64,000 bases of DNA from the NCBI RefSeq assembly GCF_054482525.1, contig NZ_CM137006.1; one strand, written 5' to 3'. The translations under genes were made by a program, and so were the position numbers. Positions 37,047-51,927 of the stretch are shown piece after piece. Under the pieces are notes generated by a model. It was not told the origin of the DNA and did no database searches. It saw only the letters and a list, made by a program, of their open reading frames with translations. How positions within the stretch are numbered: the first letter of the stretch is position 1; every line of letters starts with the position of its first letter.

Positions 37047-38399
37047 ATGAGTTCTTTAAGTCAGGCTGCGAGCAGTGTGGAAAAACGCACGAATGCTCGT
37101 TACTGGATAGTGGTGATGTTGTTTATCGTCACATCCTTCAACTACGGCGACCGCGCTACGCTCTCTATCGCCGGTTCGGAAATGGCCAAAGATATCGGCC
37201 TTGATCCTGTGGGAATGGGCTATGTGTTCTCTGCTTTCTCATGGGCTTATGTTATCGGGCAGATCCCTGGTGGCTGGTTGCTGGACCGTTTTGGTTCAAA
37301 ACGCGTCTACTTCTGGTCGATCTTTATCTGGTCGATGTTTACCTTGCTGCAAGGCTTCGTCGATATTTTTAGTGGATTCGGCATTATCGTTGCCCTGTTT
37401 ACGCTGCGCTTCCTGGTCGGGCTTGCTGAAGCGCCATCTTTCCCCGGTAACAGTCGCATTGTAGCGGCCTGGTTTCCGGCGCAGGAAAGGGGAACGGCGG
37501 TGTCGATTTTTAACTCCGCTCAATACTTCGCAACGGTGATCTTCGCGCCGATTATGGGCTGGCTGACGCATGAAGTGGGCTGGTCACACGTCTTTTTCTT
37601 TATGGGCGGTCTGGGCATTGTCATCAGCTTTATCTGGTTGAAAGTCATCCACGAGCCAAATCAACATCCGGGTGTAAATCAGAAAGAGCTGGAGTACATC
37701 GCTGCGGGTGGCGCGCTGATCAATATGGATCAGCAAAACACCAAAGTTAAAGTACCGTTCAGCGTGAAGTGGGGGCAGATCAAACAGCTGCTCGGGTCAC
37801 GGATGATGATCGGCGTTTATATCGGTCAGTACTGTATCAACGCCCTGACTTACTTCTTTATTACCTGGTTCCCGGTTTATCTGGTGCAGGCGCGCGGGAT
37901 GTCGATTCTTAAAGCGGGCTTTGTGGCTTCCGTTCCGGCGGTTTGCGGTTTTATCGGCGGTGTGCTGGGTGGGATTATTTCCGACTGGCTGATGCGCCGC
38001 ACGGGATCGCTGAACATTGCGCGTAAAACACCGATCGTAATGGGCATGTTGCTGTCGATGGTGATGGTGTTCTGCAACTACGTCAACGTTGAGTGGATGA
38101 TCATCGGCTTTATGGCGCTGGCCTTCTTCGGTAAGGGCATCGGGGCGCTGGGTTGGGCAGTAATGGCAGATACCGCGCCAAAAGAGATCAGCGGTCTTTC
38201 CGGTGGCCTGTTCAACATGTTCGGTAACATTTCTGGCATCGTCACGCCAATCGCAATTGGTTATATCGTTGGCACGACTGGCTCCTTTAATGGGGCGCTG
38301 ATTTATGTTGGTGTTCATGCCTTAATCGCGGTACTGAGCTACCTGGTGCTGGTGGGCGATATCAAGCGTATCGAGCTGAAACCTGTCGCGGGGCAATAA
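37047..38399 (+). CDS. gudP: Glucarate/galactarate transporter (MFS)
   Basis: 450 aa, 12 TM; first gene of gudPXD. Confidence 0.93.
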   Translation: MSSLSQAASSVEKRTNARYWIVVMLFIVTSFNYGDRATLSIAGSEMAKDIGLDPVGMGYVFSAFSWAYVIGQIPGGWLLDRFGSKRVYFWSIFIWSMFTLLQGFVDIFSGFGIIVALFTLRFLVGLAEAPSFPGNSRIVAAWFPAQERGTAVSIFNSAQYFATVIFAPIMGWLTHEVGWSHVFFFMGGLGIVISFIWLKVIHEPNQHPGVNQKELEYIAAGGALINMDQQNTKVKVPFSVKWGQIKQLLGSRMMIGVYIGQYCINALTYFFITWFPVYLVQARGMSILKAGFVASVPAVCGFIGGVLGGIISDWLMRRTGSLNIARKTPIVMGMLLSMVMVFCNYVNVEWMIIGFMALAFFGKGIGALGWAVMADTAPKEISGLSGGLFNMFGNISGIVTPIAIGYIVGTTGSFNGALIYVGVHALIAVLSYLVLVGDIKRIELKPVAGQ

Positions 38400-38400
38400 G

Positions 38401-39741
38401 ATGACGACACAATCCAGTCCTGTTATTACTGATATGAAAGTCATTCCGGTCGCCGGGCACGATAGCATGTTGCTTAATATTGGTGGGGCGCATAACGCAT
38501 ATTTCACTCGCAATATTGTGGTACTCACCGATAACGCCGGGCATACCGGCATTGGTGAAGCGCCAGGCGGAGAGGTGATTTATCAGACGCTTGTCGATGC
38601 TATTCCGATGGTTCTGGGCCAGGAAGTTGCGCGCCTGAATAAAGTGGTCCAGCAGGTGCATAAAGGTAATCAGGCCGCCGATTTTGATACCTTCGGTAAA
38701 GGGGCCTGGACCTTTGAATTACGCGTTAACGCCGTGGCGGCGCTGGAAGCCGCCTTGCTTGACCTGCTAGGTAAGGCGCTGAATGTTCCGGTCTGCGAAC
38801 TGTTAGGGCCAGGTAAGCAACGCGAGGCTATTACCGTCCTCGGTTATCTGTTTTATATCGGTGATCGGACCAAAACCGATCTTCCTTATCTGGAAAATAC
38901 GCTGGGCAACCATGAGTGGTATCAGTTGCGCCATCAGAAAGCGATGAACAGCGAAGCCGTTGTGCGTCTGGCGGAAGCCTCACAGGATCGCTACGGCTTT
39001 AAAGATTTCAAACTTAAGGGCGGCGTGTTACCTGGCGAGCAAGAAATCGACACTGTTCGTGCATTGAAGAAACGCTTCCCGGATGCGCGGATTACCGTTG
39101 ATCCCAACGGTGCATGGCTGCTTGATGAAGCCATTTCTTTGTGCAAAGGGCTGAATGATGTTCTTACCTATGCCGAAGATCCATGCGGCGCAGAACAGGG
39201 CTTCTCCGGACGTGAAGTGATGGCGGAGTTTCGGCGGGCGACCGGCTTGCCCGTCGCGACTAACATGATCGCCACCAACTGGCGCGAAATGGGCCATGCG
39301 GTAATGCTCAATGCGGTGGATATTCCACTTGCCGATCCGCATTTCTGGACGCTTTCCGGTGCAGTCCGCGTGGCGCAGCTTTGCGACGACTGGGGGCTGA
39401 CCTGGGGCTGCCATTCCAATAACCACTTTGATATCTCTCTGGCGATGTTTACCCATGTGGGCGCGGCGGCACCGGGTAATCCCACCGCTATCGATACCCA
39501 CTGGATTTGGCAGGAGGGCGATTGTCGCCTGACCCGAAATCCGCTGGAGATTAAAAACGGAAAAATTGCCGTTCCTGATGCGCCCGGTCTGGGCGTGGAA
39601 CTGGACTGGGAACAGGTACAAAAGGCACATGAGGCCTATAAACGTCTGCCTGGCGGTGCGCGTAACGACGCAGGCCCGATGCAGTACCTGATCCCCGGCT
39701 GGACCTTTGACCGTAAACGTCCCGTTTTCGGCCGTCATTGA
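38401..39741 (+). CDS. gudX: Glucarate dehydratase-related protein (enolase superfamily paralog)
   Basis: 446 aa; paralog of downstream gudD. Confidence 0.92.
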   Translation: MTTQSSPVITDMKVIPVAGHDSMLLNIGGAHNAYFTRNIVVLTDNAGHTGIGEAPGGEVIYQTLVDAIPMVLGQEVARLNKVVQQVHKGNQAADFDTFGKGAWTFELRVNAVAALEAALLDLLGKALNVPVCELLGPGKQREAITVLGYLFYIGDRTKTDLPYLENTLGNHEWYQLRHQKAMNSEAVVRLAEASQDRYGFKDFKLKGGVLPGEQEIDTVRALKKRFPDARITVDPNGAWLLDEAISLCKGLNDVLTYAEDPCGAEQGFSGREVMAEFRRATGLPVATNMIATNWREMGHAVMLNAVDIPLADPHFWTLSGAVRVAQLCDDWGLTWGCHSNNHFDISLAMFTHVGAAAPGNPTAIDTHWIWQEGDCRLTRNPLEIKNGKIAVPDAPGLGVELDWEQVQKAHEAYKRLPGGARNDAGPMQYLIPGWTFDRKRPVFGRH

Positions 39742-39761
39742 TTCTGAAAAAGGACATAAAT

Positions 39762-41102
39762 ATGAGTTCTCAATTTACGACGCCTGTTGTTACTGAAATG
39801 CAGGTCATCCCGGTGGCGGGCCATGACAGTATGCTGATGAATCTGAGTGGTGCACACGCACCGTTCTTCACGCGTAATATTGTGATTATCAAAGATAATT
39901 CTGGTCACACCGGGGTAGGGGAAATTCCCGGCGGCGAGAAAATCCGTAAAACGCTGGAAGATGCGATTCCGCTAGTGGTGGGTAAAACGCTGGGTGAATA
40001 CAAAAACGTTCTGACGCTGGTGCGTAATACATTTGCCGATCGTGATGCCGGCGGGCGCGGTTTGCAGACATTTGATTTGCGGACCACTATTCATGTGGTT
40101 ACCGGGATAGAAGCGGCAATGCTGGATCTGCTGGGGCAGCATCTGGGGGTTAACGTGGCATCCCTGCTGGGCGATGGTCAACAGCGTAGCGAAGTCGAAA
40201 TGCTCGGTTATCTGTTCTTCGTCGGTAATCGCAAAGCCACACCGCTGCCGTATCAAAGCCAGCCGGATGATAAATGTGACTGGTATCGCCTGCGTCACGA
40301 AGAAGCGATGACGCCGGATGCGGTGGTGCGCCTGGCGGAAGCGGCATATGAAAAATATGGCTTCAACGATTTCAAACTGAAGGGCGGTGTACTGGCCGGG
40401 GAAGAAGAAGCAGAATCTATTGTGGCACTGGCGCAACGCTTCCCACAGGCGCGTATTACCCTCGATCCTAACGGTGCCTGGTCGCTGAACGAAGCGATTA
40501 AAATTGGTAAATACCTGAAAGGTTCGCTGGCTTATGCAGAAGATCCGTGTGGTGCGGAGCAAGGTTTCTCCGGGCGTGAAGTGATGGCAGAGTTCCGTCG
40601 CGCAACTGGCCTGCCGACCGCAACCAATATGATCGCCACCGACTGGCGGCAGATGGGCCATACGCTCTCCCTGCAATCCGTTGATATCCCGCTGGCGGAT
40701 CCGCATTTCTGGACGATGCAAGGTTCGGTACGTGTGGCGCAAATGTGCCATGAATTTGGCCTGACCTGGGGTTCACACTCTAACAACCACTTCGATATTT
40801 CCCTGGCGATGTTTACCCATGTAGCCGCTGCTGCACCGGGTAAAATTACTGCTATTGATACGCACTGGATCTGGCAGGAAGGCAATCAGCGTCTGACCAA
40901 AGAACCGTTTGAGATCAAAGGCGGGCTGGTTCAGGTGCCGCAAAAACCAGGATTGGGCGTAGAAATCGATATGGATCAGGTGATGAAAGCCCACGAGCTG
41001 TATCAGAAACATGGGCTTGGCGCGCGTGACGATGCGATGGGAATGCAGTACCTGATTCCTGGCTGGACGTTCGATAACAAGCGTCCGTGCATGGTGCGTT
41101 AA
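39762..41102 (+). CDS. gudD: D-glucarate dehydratase (enolase superfamily)
   Basis: 446 aa from ATG at 39762 ([14 protein letters not shown]...); ORF track extension upstream overlaps gudX stop. Confidence 0.93.
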   Translation: MSSQFTTPVVTEMQVIPVAGHDSMLMNLSGAHAPFFTRNIVIIKDNSGHTGVGEIPGGEKIRKTLEDAIPLVVGKTLGEYKNVLTLVRNTFADRDAGGRGLQTFDLRTTIHVVTGIEAAMLDLLGQHLGVNVASLLGDGQQRSEVEMLGYLFFVGNRKATPLPYQSQPDDKCDWYRLRHEEAMTPDAVVRLAEAAYEKYGFNDFKLKGGVLAGEEEAESIVALAQRFPQARITLDPNGAWSLNEAIKIGKYLKGSLAYAEDPCGAEQGFSGREVMAEFRRATGLPTATNMIATDWRQMGHTLSLQSVDIPLADPHFWTMQGSVRVAQMCHEFGLTWGSHSNNHFDISLAMFTHVAAAAPGKITAIDTHWIWQEGNQRLTKEPFEIKGGLVQVPQKPGLGVEIDMDQVMKAHELYQKHGLGARDDAMGMQYLIPGWTFDNKRPCMVR

Positions 41103-41115
41103 GACAGAAAACCAA

Positions 41116-41140
41116 AACCGGCTCTGTCAGGAGCCGGTTT
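41116..41140 (+). terminator. Putative gudD terminator
   Basis: AACCGGCTC-tgtcag-GAGCCGGTT 9-bp hairpin with short T-run. Confidence 0.5.
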
Positions 41141-41164
41141 GAGTCTGATGCCAAACGCAAAATT

Positions 41165-41192
41165 GCCTGTTGCGCTACGTATCAGGCCTACA
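41165..41192. repeat. REP unit
   Basis: GCCTGTTGCGCTACGTATCAGGCCTACA. Confidence 0.55.
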
Positions 41193-41228
41193 TTATTTTT
41201 TTAATTCATTGAATTTAATTGGTGTTTA

Positions 41229-41260
41229 TGCCGAATAAGGCGTTAACGCCGCATCCGGCA
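41229..41260. repeat. REP unit
   Basis: TGCCGAATAAGGCGTTAACGCCGCATCCGGCA. Confidence 0.55.
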
Positions 41261-41334
41261 TAAACACAGGCACCTTGTCACCAGTCTGAAACCAGCGTCA
41301 TAAAAAGCCGATTGCTACTCGGCAAGACGGTCCA

Positions 41335-44091
41335 TTACCCTAGAATTTTGCTGGCTTCGCGCGCTACATTATCCATCTCGTCCAACAGTTCCAGCAGCTC
41401 CGGCTCCAAATCTTCTTCTTTAGTACCGCTACGTAGCTGTTGTTCGATCAGTTGGCAGAGATTCTTCATACGCGGCACACCGCTATAGCCGCAACTGCCA
41501 TGCAGTTTATGAATCAAATCAACCAGGCCTTCCGGGTTTTCTCCAACCAGCTGTTCCTCAACTTTGTTGCGAACTTCAGGCAGGAAATCGAGTAACATTT
41601 GCAGCATATCGCGCGCTAAATCGGTTTTTCCTGCTGCCTGGCGTAGTGCCAGTTGCCAGTCGAGGGTCGCATTCGGGTTCACCACAATTTCGTTGACTTC
41701 GGGCGTCACGACGCGAGAGGAAATACCGCTGCCAGGCTTGTAGCGCAACAGCAAATTATGCAATCGCTCTTCTTCAATCGGTTTCGCCAGATAATCGCTC
41801 ATCCCTGCGCCAAGCAGCTTCTCTTTTTGCCCGGCCATTGCATGCGCCGTTACCGCGATAACTGGCGTTTGTTGCTGATGGGGGAGCTGGTGGATGAGTT
41901 CGCAGGCCCGAATGCCGTCCATGTCCGGCATTTGAATATCCATTAAGATCAAATCGAACGGCATCTGTTTCGCCCGTTCAACCGCCTGATGCCCGCTATC
42001 GCAAAGTTCCACATGTTGCACCATATCTTCCAGCAATGCGCCGATAAGTTTCAGGTTAGCGGGGTTGTCATCAACCGCCATGACTGTCATTGCCAGCTTA
42101 CTTTCATCGGTTACAGGCAAAAGCGTGTTTTGTTTGTGATGACAAAATTCCGTCAGGGCAGGTAACAGGCGCGTAGGTGTTAATGGTTTCAGCAGACACG
42201 CGCCGATACCATCTTGCTTAAGTTTTTCAGCATTGACTTGTGCATGGCAAGGAAGTGCCAGCATGAGAAAATCGGTCATCGATACCGCTTTCGCTAATCG
42301 CTCATGTTGCATTGTTAGCGGCTCGCGGAAGGTCACCGCAATGCCTAATAACATCATGTCGTAATGCGCGGGAGGCAGCGCGGAGAACGTTGGGCTATAA
42401 ACCACTTCCAGCGGCGTTTCACTTAAAATATCCAGCGTGCATTGCGCTGCTGCGGAGTTTGGTTCGACATAGGCCAGGCGCTTGCCGGCGAGGCACTGGG
42501 TGGATGGCCCTTCGATAATAATGTTCGGGTTCAGATCGAGATTAATGTGGAACCAGAAAGTTGAACCGCGATTCGGCTGGCTATGGAACGAAATATCGCC
42601 GCCCATTTCATTAACCAGTTTTTGTGTAATCACCAGCCCCAGCCCGGTGCCACCATGACGGCGGGAAATACTGGCATCAGCCTGTCGGAAGGCCTGGAAT
42701 AAGCGCGATTGATCGCGTTCAGGAATACCAATGCCGGTATCCCGAATCTGCACTTCAATCTGAACTTTGGTATTACTCAGCGCACGTTTTTCTACCAGAA
42801 TATCAATGTTGCCATTCTCGGTGAATTTAATTGCATTCCCTACCAGGTTAGTGATGATTTGCTGTAATCGCAGTGGGTCGCCAATTACGTTATCGGGCAC
42901 GTCGCTCTTAATATTGAGCGTCAGTTCCAGCCCTTTATCGTGAGAAGAATGTGCCAGCAGGGTAACTACTTCATCCAGCGTGCTGCGTAGTGGGAATGGA
43001 ATACTTTCCAGAATCAGCTTACCTGCTTCCAGTTTCGAGAAGTCGAGAACATCATTAATAATTGCCAGCAAATTATTTGCCGAACGTTCAATCGTATTCA
43101 GGTGATCGCGCTGCGTTGGTGTTAATTCTGTTTTCAGCGTCAGGCGGGTAAAGCCAATAACACCATTCAGTGGTGTACGCAGCTCGTGTGACATATTTGC
43201 CAAAAACTCGGATTTAATACGCGCCGCTTCCTGGGCGCGCTTTTTCGCCAGATCCAACTCAACGTTCTGAATTTCCATCTGCTCCAGCGTTTCACGCAGA
43301 TCGGACGTCGCCTGGTCGATATTGTGCTGCATCTCTTCGTGATAAGCAGCCAGCGACATTGCCATCGAGTTGATACCGTTTTTCAGCATATCCAGCTCGC
43401 CGAGCATAAATCCTTCCACCCGGCTGTCGAGTTGCCCGCGACGGATGCGGTCGACGGTATTCACCATATTGCGAATCGGACCGGTTACATCGCGCATTAA
43501 GCGCCAGCCAAAAATAAGCGCAATACCGATACAAAACAGCATCATCACGCTGGAAATAAAGATCTCTTTATATTGCTGCAAGCGAACCGATTTAAGATCC
43601 AGCTCAAGCGCAATATATCCCAACATATTTTGACTATTTTTGGCATCGCTACTGGGCGATTCGTCGGGGGAGTAACTCTCAGAAATAATCGGCGTGCGGA
43701 GGATCATAATATCGCCGTCACGAGTGACAGTGAGCTGGCGAGGAAACGGCACGTTGCTGCCGAGCTGCATTGATGAGGGATCAAGATGAAAATTGGAGGT
43801 GACAAAGAGTCGGTTATTTTCATCATAAACCGAAATCGCGCGAACAATATCGGAATGGCGACGATGCAGTACGCTTATTAACTGACCGATAGATTCGCGA
43901 TTTTGCAGGCTCATGCCATATTCAGTAGAAACTGCAAGCGGCTCAATAATGCTGGCACCGGCATCTTCCAGTTGACGCTGCAAGTCGTTATAGCGATGCA
44001 CAACGAAAAAGATACTCAGCAATAAACCAATAAGGACGGTCGGTGCCAGGATCAGAATCATCATGCGTGCGCGCAGGCTGTAGTTGGTCAT
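41335..44091 (-). CDS. barA: Hybrid sensor histidine kinase BarA (partner of UvrY)
   Basis: 918 aa; two N-terminal TM segments, HAMP, HisKA H-box (SHELRTPLN), HATPase, receiver and HPt domains. Confidence 0.95.
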
Positions 44092-44147
44092 GGAGTTCCG
44101 TTATGGGACAATTAAGGTCACACTGTTAAATTGAGAAAGTCTCGCCA

Positions 44148-45449
44148 ATGGCGCAATTCTACTCTGCAAAACGACGCACGACGACGCGTCAGATCATAAC
44201 TGTTTCAGTCAACGACCTCGACTCTTTTGGTCAGGGCGTGGCACGACATAACGGCAAAGCGTTATTTATTCCTGGATTACTGCCACAGGAAAACGCGGAA
44301 GTTACTGTTACTGAAGATAAAAAACAGTACGCCCGCGCTAAAGTCGTGCGCCGGTTAAGCGATAGCCCGGAACGCGAAACGCCACGCTGCCCTCATTTTG
44401 GCGTATGCGGTGGCTGTCAGCAACAACACGCCAGCGTGGATTTACAGCAGCGAAGCAAAAGTGCGGCACTCGCCCGATTAATGAAACACGAAGTCTCTGA
44501 AGTGATCGCCGATGTTCCCTGGGGCTATCGCCGTCGCGCGCGTTTAAGTCTGAACTACTTACCGAAAACACAGCAACTTCAGATGGGGTTTCGCAAAGCG
44601 GGCTCCAGTGACATTGTCGACGTTAAACAATGCCCCATTTTAGTGCCCCAACTTGAAGCATTGCTGCCCAAAGTCAGGGCATGCCTGGGCAGCTTACAAG
44701 CTATGCGCCATCTTGGTCATGTTGAACTGGTACAGGCAACCAGCGGCACGCTGATGATTTTGCGCCATACCGCACCGCTAAGTTCGGCAGATCGCGAAAA
44801 ACTGGAACGCTTTTCGCATTCTGAAGGCCTGGATCTGTATCTCGCCCCCGATAGTGAGATACTCGAAACCGTCTCTGGTGAGATGCCCTGGTATGACTCA
44901 AACGGGTTGCGCTTAACTTTTAGCCCGCGCGATTTTATTCAGGTCAATGCGGGTGTGAACCAAAAAATGGTAGCGCGTGCGTTGGAATGGCTGGATGTAC
45001 AACCTGAAGATCGCGTACTGGATCTGTTCTGCGGTATGGGCAACTTTACACTGCCATTGGCGACACAAGCTGCCAGTGTGGTGGGTGTAGAAGGCGTTCC
45101 GGCGCTGGTGGAAAAAGGCCAGCAGAATGCGCGTCTTAATGGCTTACACAATGTGACGTTTTATCACGAAAATCTTGAAGAAGATGTCACAAAGCAGCCG
45201 TGGGCGAAAAACGGCTTCGATAAAGTGTTGCTGGACCCGGCGCGAGCAGGTGCCGCAGGTGTTATGCAGCAAATTATAAAACTGGAACCTATTCGTATAG
45301 TTTATGTATCCTGTAACCCTGCAACGCTGGCTCGGGATAGCGAAGCGTTATTAAAAGCAGGATATACCATTGCGCGACTGGCGATGCTGGATATGTTCCC
45401 ACACACGGGACATCTGGAATCGATGGTACTTTTCTCGCGCGTTAAATAG
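44148..45449 (+). CDS. rlmD: 23S rRNA m5U1939 methyltransferase (Fe-S, TRAM domain)
   Basis: 433 aa; Cys cluster [11 protein letters not shown]; SAM-MTase C-terminus. Confidence 0.93.
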   Translation: MAQFYSAKRRTTTRQIITVSVNDLDSFGQGVARHNGKALFIPGLLPQENAEVTVTEDKKQYARAKVVRRLSDSPERETPRCPHFGVCGGCQQQHASVDLQQRSKSAALARLMKHEVSEVIADVPWGYRRRARLSLNYLPKTQQLQMGFRKAGSSDIVDVKQCPILVPQLEALLPKVRACLGSLQAMRHLGHVELVQATSGTLMILRHTAPLSSADREKLERFSHSEGLDLYLAPDSEILETVSGEMPWYDSNGLRLTFSPRDFIQVNAGVNQKMVARALEWLDVQPEDRVLDLFCGMGNFTLPLATQAASVVGVEGVPALVEKGQQNARLNGLHNVTFYHENLEEDVTKQPWAKNGFDKVLLDPARAGAAGVMQQIIKLEPIRIVYVSCNPATLARDSEALLKAGYTIARLAMLDMFPHTGHLESMVLFSRVK

Positions 45450-45496
45450 TTACGATTTGCCGATTTCGGCAGGTCTGGTCCCTAAAGGAGAGGACG

Positions 45497-47731
45497 ATGG
45501 TTGCGGTAAGAAGTGCACATATCAATAAGGCTGGTGAATTTGATCCGGAAAAATGGATCGCAAGTCTGGGTATTACCAGCCAGAAGTCGTGTGAGTGCTT
45601 AGCCGAAACCTGGGCGTATTGTCTGCAACAGACGCAGGGGCATCCGGATGCCAGTCTGTTATTGTGGCGTGGTGTTGAGATGGTGGAGATCCTCTCGACA
45701 TTAAGTATGGACATTGACACGCTGCGGGCGGCGCTGTTGTTCCCTCTGGCCGATGCCAACGTAGTCAGCGAAGATGTGCTGCGTGAGAGCGTCGGTAAGT
45801 CGGTCGTTAACCTTATTCACGGCGTGCGTGATATGGCGGCGATCCGCCAGCTGAAAGCGACGCATACCGATTCTGTTTCCTCCGAACAGGTCGATAACGT
45901 TCGCCGGATGTTATTGGCGATGGTCGATGATTTTCGCTGCGTGGTCATCAAACTGGCAGAGCGTATTGCTCATCTGCGCGAAGTAAAAGATGCGCCGGAA
46001 GATGAACGTGTACTGGCGGCAAAAGAGTGCACCAATATCTACGCGCCGTTGGCGAACCGTCTTGGGATTGGGCAACTGAAATGGGAGCTGGAAGATTACT
46101 GCTTCCGTTATCTCCACCCGACCGAATACAAACGCATCGCAAAACTGCTGCATGAACGCCGTCTCGACCGCGAACACTATATCGAAGAGTTTGTCGGCCA
46201 TCTGCGCGCTGAGATGAAAGCTGAAGGCGTTAAAGCTGAAGTGTATGGTCGACCGAAACACATCTACAGCATCTGGCGCAAAATGCAGAAAAAGAACCTC
46301 GCCTTCGATGAGCTGTTTGATGTGCGTGCGGTACGTATTGTCGCCGAGCGTTTACAGGATTGTTATGCCGCACTGGGGATAGTGCACACTCACTATCGCC
46401 ACCTGCCGGATGAGTTTGACGATTACGTCGCTAACCCGAAACCAAACGGTTATCAGTCTATTCATACCGTGGTTCTGGGACCGGGTGGAAAAACCGTTGA
46501 GATCCAAATCCGCACTAAACAGATGCATGAAGATGCAGAGTTGGGTGTTGCTGCGCACTGGAAATATAAAGAGGGCGCGGCAGCTGGCGGCGCACGTTCG
46601 GGACATGAAGACCGGATTGCCTGGCTGCGTAAACTGATTGCGTGGCAGGAAGAGATGGCTGATTCCGGCGAAATGCTCGACGAAGTACGTAGCCAGGTCT
46701 TTGACGACCGGGTGTACGTCTTTACGCCGAAAGGTGATGTCGTTGATTTGCCTGCGGGATCAACACCGCTGGACTTCGCTTACCACATCCACAGTGATGT
46801 CGGACACCGCTGCATCGGGGCAAAAATTGGCGGGCGCATTGTGCCGTTCACCTACCAGCTGCAGATGGGCGACCAGATTGAAATTATCACCCAGAAACAG
46901 CCGAACCCCAGCCGTGACTGGTTAAACCCAAACCTCGGTTACGTCACAACCAGCCGTGGGCGTTCGAAAATTCACGCCTGGTTCCGTAAACAGGACCGTG
47001 ACAAAAACGTTCTGGCTGGGCGGCAAATCCTTGACGACGAGCTGGAACATCTGGGGATCAGCCTGAAAGAAGCAGAAAAACATCTGCTGCCGCGTTACAA
47101 CTTCAATGATGTCGACGAGTTGCTGGCGGCGATTGGTGGCGGGGATATCCGTCTCAATCAGATGGTGAACTTCCTGCAATCGCAATTTAATAAGCCGAGT
47201 GCCGAAGAGCAGGACGCCGCCGCGCTGAAGCAACTTCAGCAAAAAAGCTACACGCCGCAAAACCGCAGTAAAGATAACGGTCGAGTGGTAGTAGAAGGTG
47301 TCGGTAACCTGATGCACCACATCGCGCGCTGCTGCCAGCCGATCCCTGGAGATGAGATTGTCGGCTTCATTACCCAGGGACGCGGTATTTCAGTACACCG
47401 CGCCGATTGCGAACAACTGGCGGAACTGCGCTCCCATGCGCCAGAACGTATTGTTGATGCGGTATGGGGCGAGAGCTACTCCGCCGGATATTCGCTGGTG
47501 GTCCGCGTGGTGGCTAATGATCGTAGTGGGTTGTTACGTGATATCACGACCATTCTCGCCAATGAGCAAGTGAACGTGCTTGGCGTTGCCAGCCGTAGCG
47601 ATACCAAACAGCAACTGGCGACCATCGACATGACCATTGAGATTTACAACCTGCAAGTGCTGGGCCGCGTGCTGGGTAAACTCAACCAGGTGCCGGATGT
47701 TATCGACGCGCGTCGGTTGCACGGGAGTTAG
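45497..47731 (+). CDS. relA: GTP pyrophosphokinase, (p)ppGpp synthetase I
   Basis: 744 aa; sequence recognised. Confidence 0.95.
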   Translation: MVAVRSAHINKAGEFDPEKWIASLGITSQKSCECLAETWAYCLQQTQGHPDASLLLWRGVEMVEILSTLSMDIDTLRAALLFPLADANVVSEDVLRESVGKSVVNLIHGVRDMAAIRQLKATHTDSVSSEQVDNVRRMLLAMVDDFRCVVIKLAERIAHLREVKDAPEDERVLAAKECTNIYAPLANRLGIGQLKWELEDYCFRYLHPTEYKRIAKLLHERRLDREHYIEEFVGHLRAEMKAEGVKAEVYGRPKHIYSIWRKMQKKNLAFDELFDVRAVRIVAERLQDCYAALGIVHTHYRHLPDEFDDYVANPKPNGYQSIHTVVLGPGGKTVEIQIRTKQMHEDAELGVAAHWKYKEGAAAGGARSGHEDRIAWLRKLIAWQEEMADSGEMLDEVRSQVFDDRVYVFTPKGDVVDLPAGSTPLDFAYHIHSDVGHRCIGAKIGGRIVPFTYQLQMGDQIEIITQKQPNPSRDWLNPNLGYVTTSRGRSKIHAWFRKQDRDKNVLAGRQILDDELEHLGISLKEAEKHLLPRYNFNDVDELLAAIGGGDIRLNQMVNFLQSQFNKPSAEEQDAAALKQLQQKSYTPQNRSKDNGRVVVEGVGNLMHHIARCCQPIPGDEIVGFITQGRGISVHRADCEQLAELRSHAPERIVDAVWGESYSAGYSLVVRVVANDRSGLLRDITTILANEQVNVLGVASRSDTKQQLATIDMTIEIYNLQVLGRVLGKLNQVPDVIDARRLHGS

Positions 47732-47740
47732 TCTTACATA

Positions 47741-47781
47741 GCTGGATATGGCGTCAGCCGTATCCAGCGATATCTTTTACT
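47741..47781 (+). terminator. Putative relA-distal hairpin / terminator
   Basis: GCTGGATA-12 nt loop-TATCCAGC followed by U-rich GATATCTTTT. Confidence 0.4.
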
Positions 47782-47826
47782 CGAAGGTATTACACCTGAC
47801 AGACCCGCAATTTTCAGGACAATTCA

Positions 47827-48618
47827 ATGAATCAAATCGACCGTTTGCTCACTATTATGCAGCGCCTGCGCGATCCGGAAAACGGCTGCCCGTGGGATAA
47901 AGAGCAGACATTTGCCACCATTGCGCCTTACACCCTTGAAGAAACCTACGAAGTGCTGGACGCCATTGCCCGTGAAGATTTTGACGATCTGCGCGGTGAA
48001 CTCGGCGATCTGCTGTTCCAGGTGGTGTTTTACGCACAAATGGCCCAGGAAGAAGGGCGCTTTGACTTTAATGATATTTGCGCCGCGATCAGCGATAAAT
48101 TAGAACGTCGCCATCCGCATGTTTTTGCTGACAGTTCTGCCGAAAACAGTAGTGAAGTGCTTGCCCGTTGGGAGCAAATCAAAACCGAAGAGCGCGCGCA
48201 GAAAGCGCAGCATTCGGTGCTGGACGATATTCCTCGTAGTTTACCGGCTTTAATGCGTGCGCAAAAAATCCAGAAACGTTGCGCCAACGTTGGTTTTGAC
48301 TGGACGACGCTTGGCCCGGTAGTCGATAAAGTCTACGAAGAGATCGATGAGGTGATGTACGAAGCGCGGCAGGCTGTTGTCGACCAGGCTAAACTGGAGG
48401 AGGAAATGGGTGACCTGCTGTTTGCCACAGTCAATCTGGCTCGTCATTTAGGGACAAAAGCGGAAATCGCATTGCAAAAAGCGAACGAAAAATTCGAGCG
48501 TCGTTTTCGCGAAGTGGAGCGTATTGTTGCCGCGCGTGGACTGGAAATGACAGGTGTTGACCCCGAAACAATGGAAGAAGTCTGGCAACAGGTAAAACGG
48601 CAGGAAATTGATCTCTAA
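47827..48618 (+). CDS. mazG: Nucleoside triphosphate pyrophosphohydrolase MazG
   Basis: 263 aa; tandem MazG domains; immediately follows relA with no mazEF between. Confidence 0.93.
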   Translation: MNQIDRLLTIMQRLRDPENGCPWDKEQTFATIAPYTLEETYEVLDAIAREDFDDLRGELGDLLFQVVFYAQMAQEEGRFDFNDICAAISDKLERRHPHVFADSSAENSSEVLARWEQIKTEERAQKAQHSVLDDIPRSLPALMRAQKIQKRCANVGFDWTTLGPVVDKVYEEIDEVMYEARQAVVDQAKLEEEMGDLLFATVNLARHLGTKAEIALQKANEKFERRFREVERIVAARGLEMTGVDPETMEEVWQQVKRQEIDL

Positions 48619-48630
48619 GGGAATTACGCG

Positions 48631-48674
48631 GTCAAGCGCCATTTGTGTCATTTTTTAAATGACAAGCGCTTGAT
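48631..48674. repeat. Compound inverted repeat 13 nt after mazG stop
   Basis: GTCAAGCGC..TGTCATT-ttttt-AATGACA..GCGCTTGAT; no following U-tract. Confidence 0.5.
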
Positions 48675-48830
48675 TTGCGTCAAAAACATTTACCCCAAAG
48701 GGGCTATTTTCTCACTCCTGATTTCAATAGTGCGCTGGCGAAGAGGAGGGATAATGAAAGTTTGTGGCACAGGTCATGTTCGGGTATACTGCTTTCCCGT
48801 CCTGGTTATTCCATCGTCTTTTCAACCTAA

Positions 48831-50483
<1,653 letters not shown>

Positions 50484-50554
50484 GAAAAAAGTTAGAACGG
50501 CAACGCGTACCCTGGGTACGCGTTGTTTGTCTGGAGTTTCAGTTTAACTAGTGA

Positions 50555-51868
<1,314 letters not shown>

Positions 51869-51887
51869 GTCTGACTTTATCTGATTT

Positions 51888-51918
51888 AAAAATGCCAGCC
51901 TTCGGGCTGGCATTTTTT
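51888..51918. terminator. Bidirectional intrinsic terminator between convergent eno and ygcG
   Basis: AAAAATGCCAGCC-ttcg-GGCTGGCATTTTTT: perfect stem flanked by A-run and T-run. Confidence 0.8.
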
Positions 51919-51927
51919 ATGGTTGAG

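Noticed and set aside
39028-40751. 236-aa and 259-aa ORFs antisense to gudX and gudD, and 374-aa ORF 58692..59816 antisense to ygcU
   Set aside because: Antisense shadow ORFs; the gudX and gudD ones mirror each other only because the sense genes are paralogous.
47732-47826. A hidden or short mazE/mazF remnant in the relA-mazG gap
   Set aside because: The gap is only 95 bp and has no ORF; it cannot encode MazE (about 82 aa) or MazF (about 111 aa).
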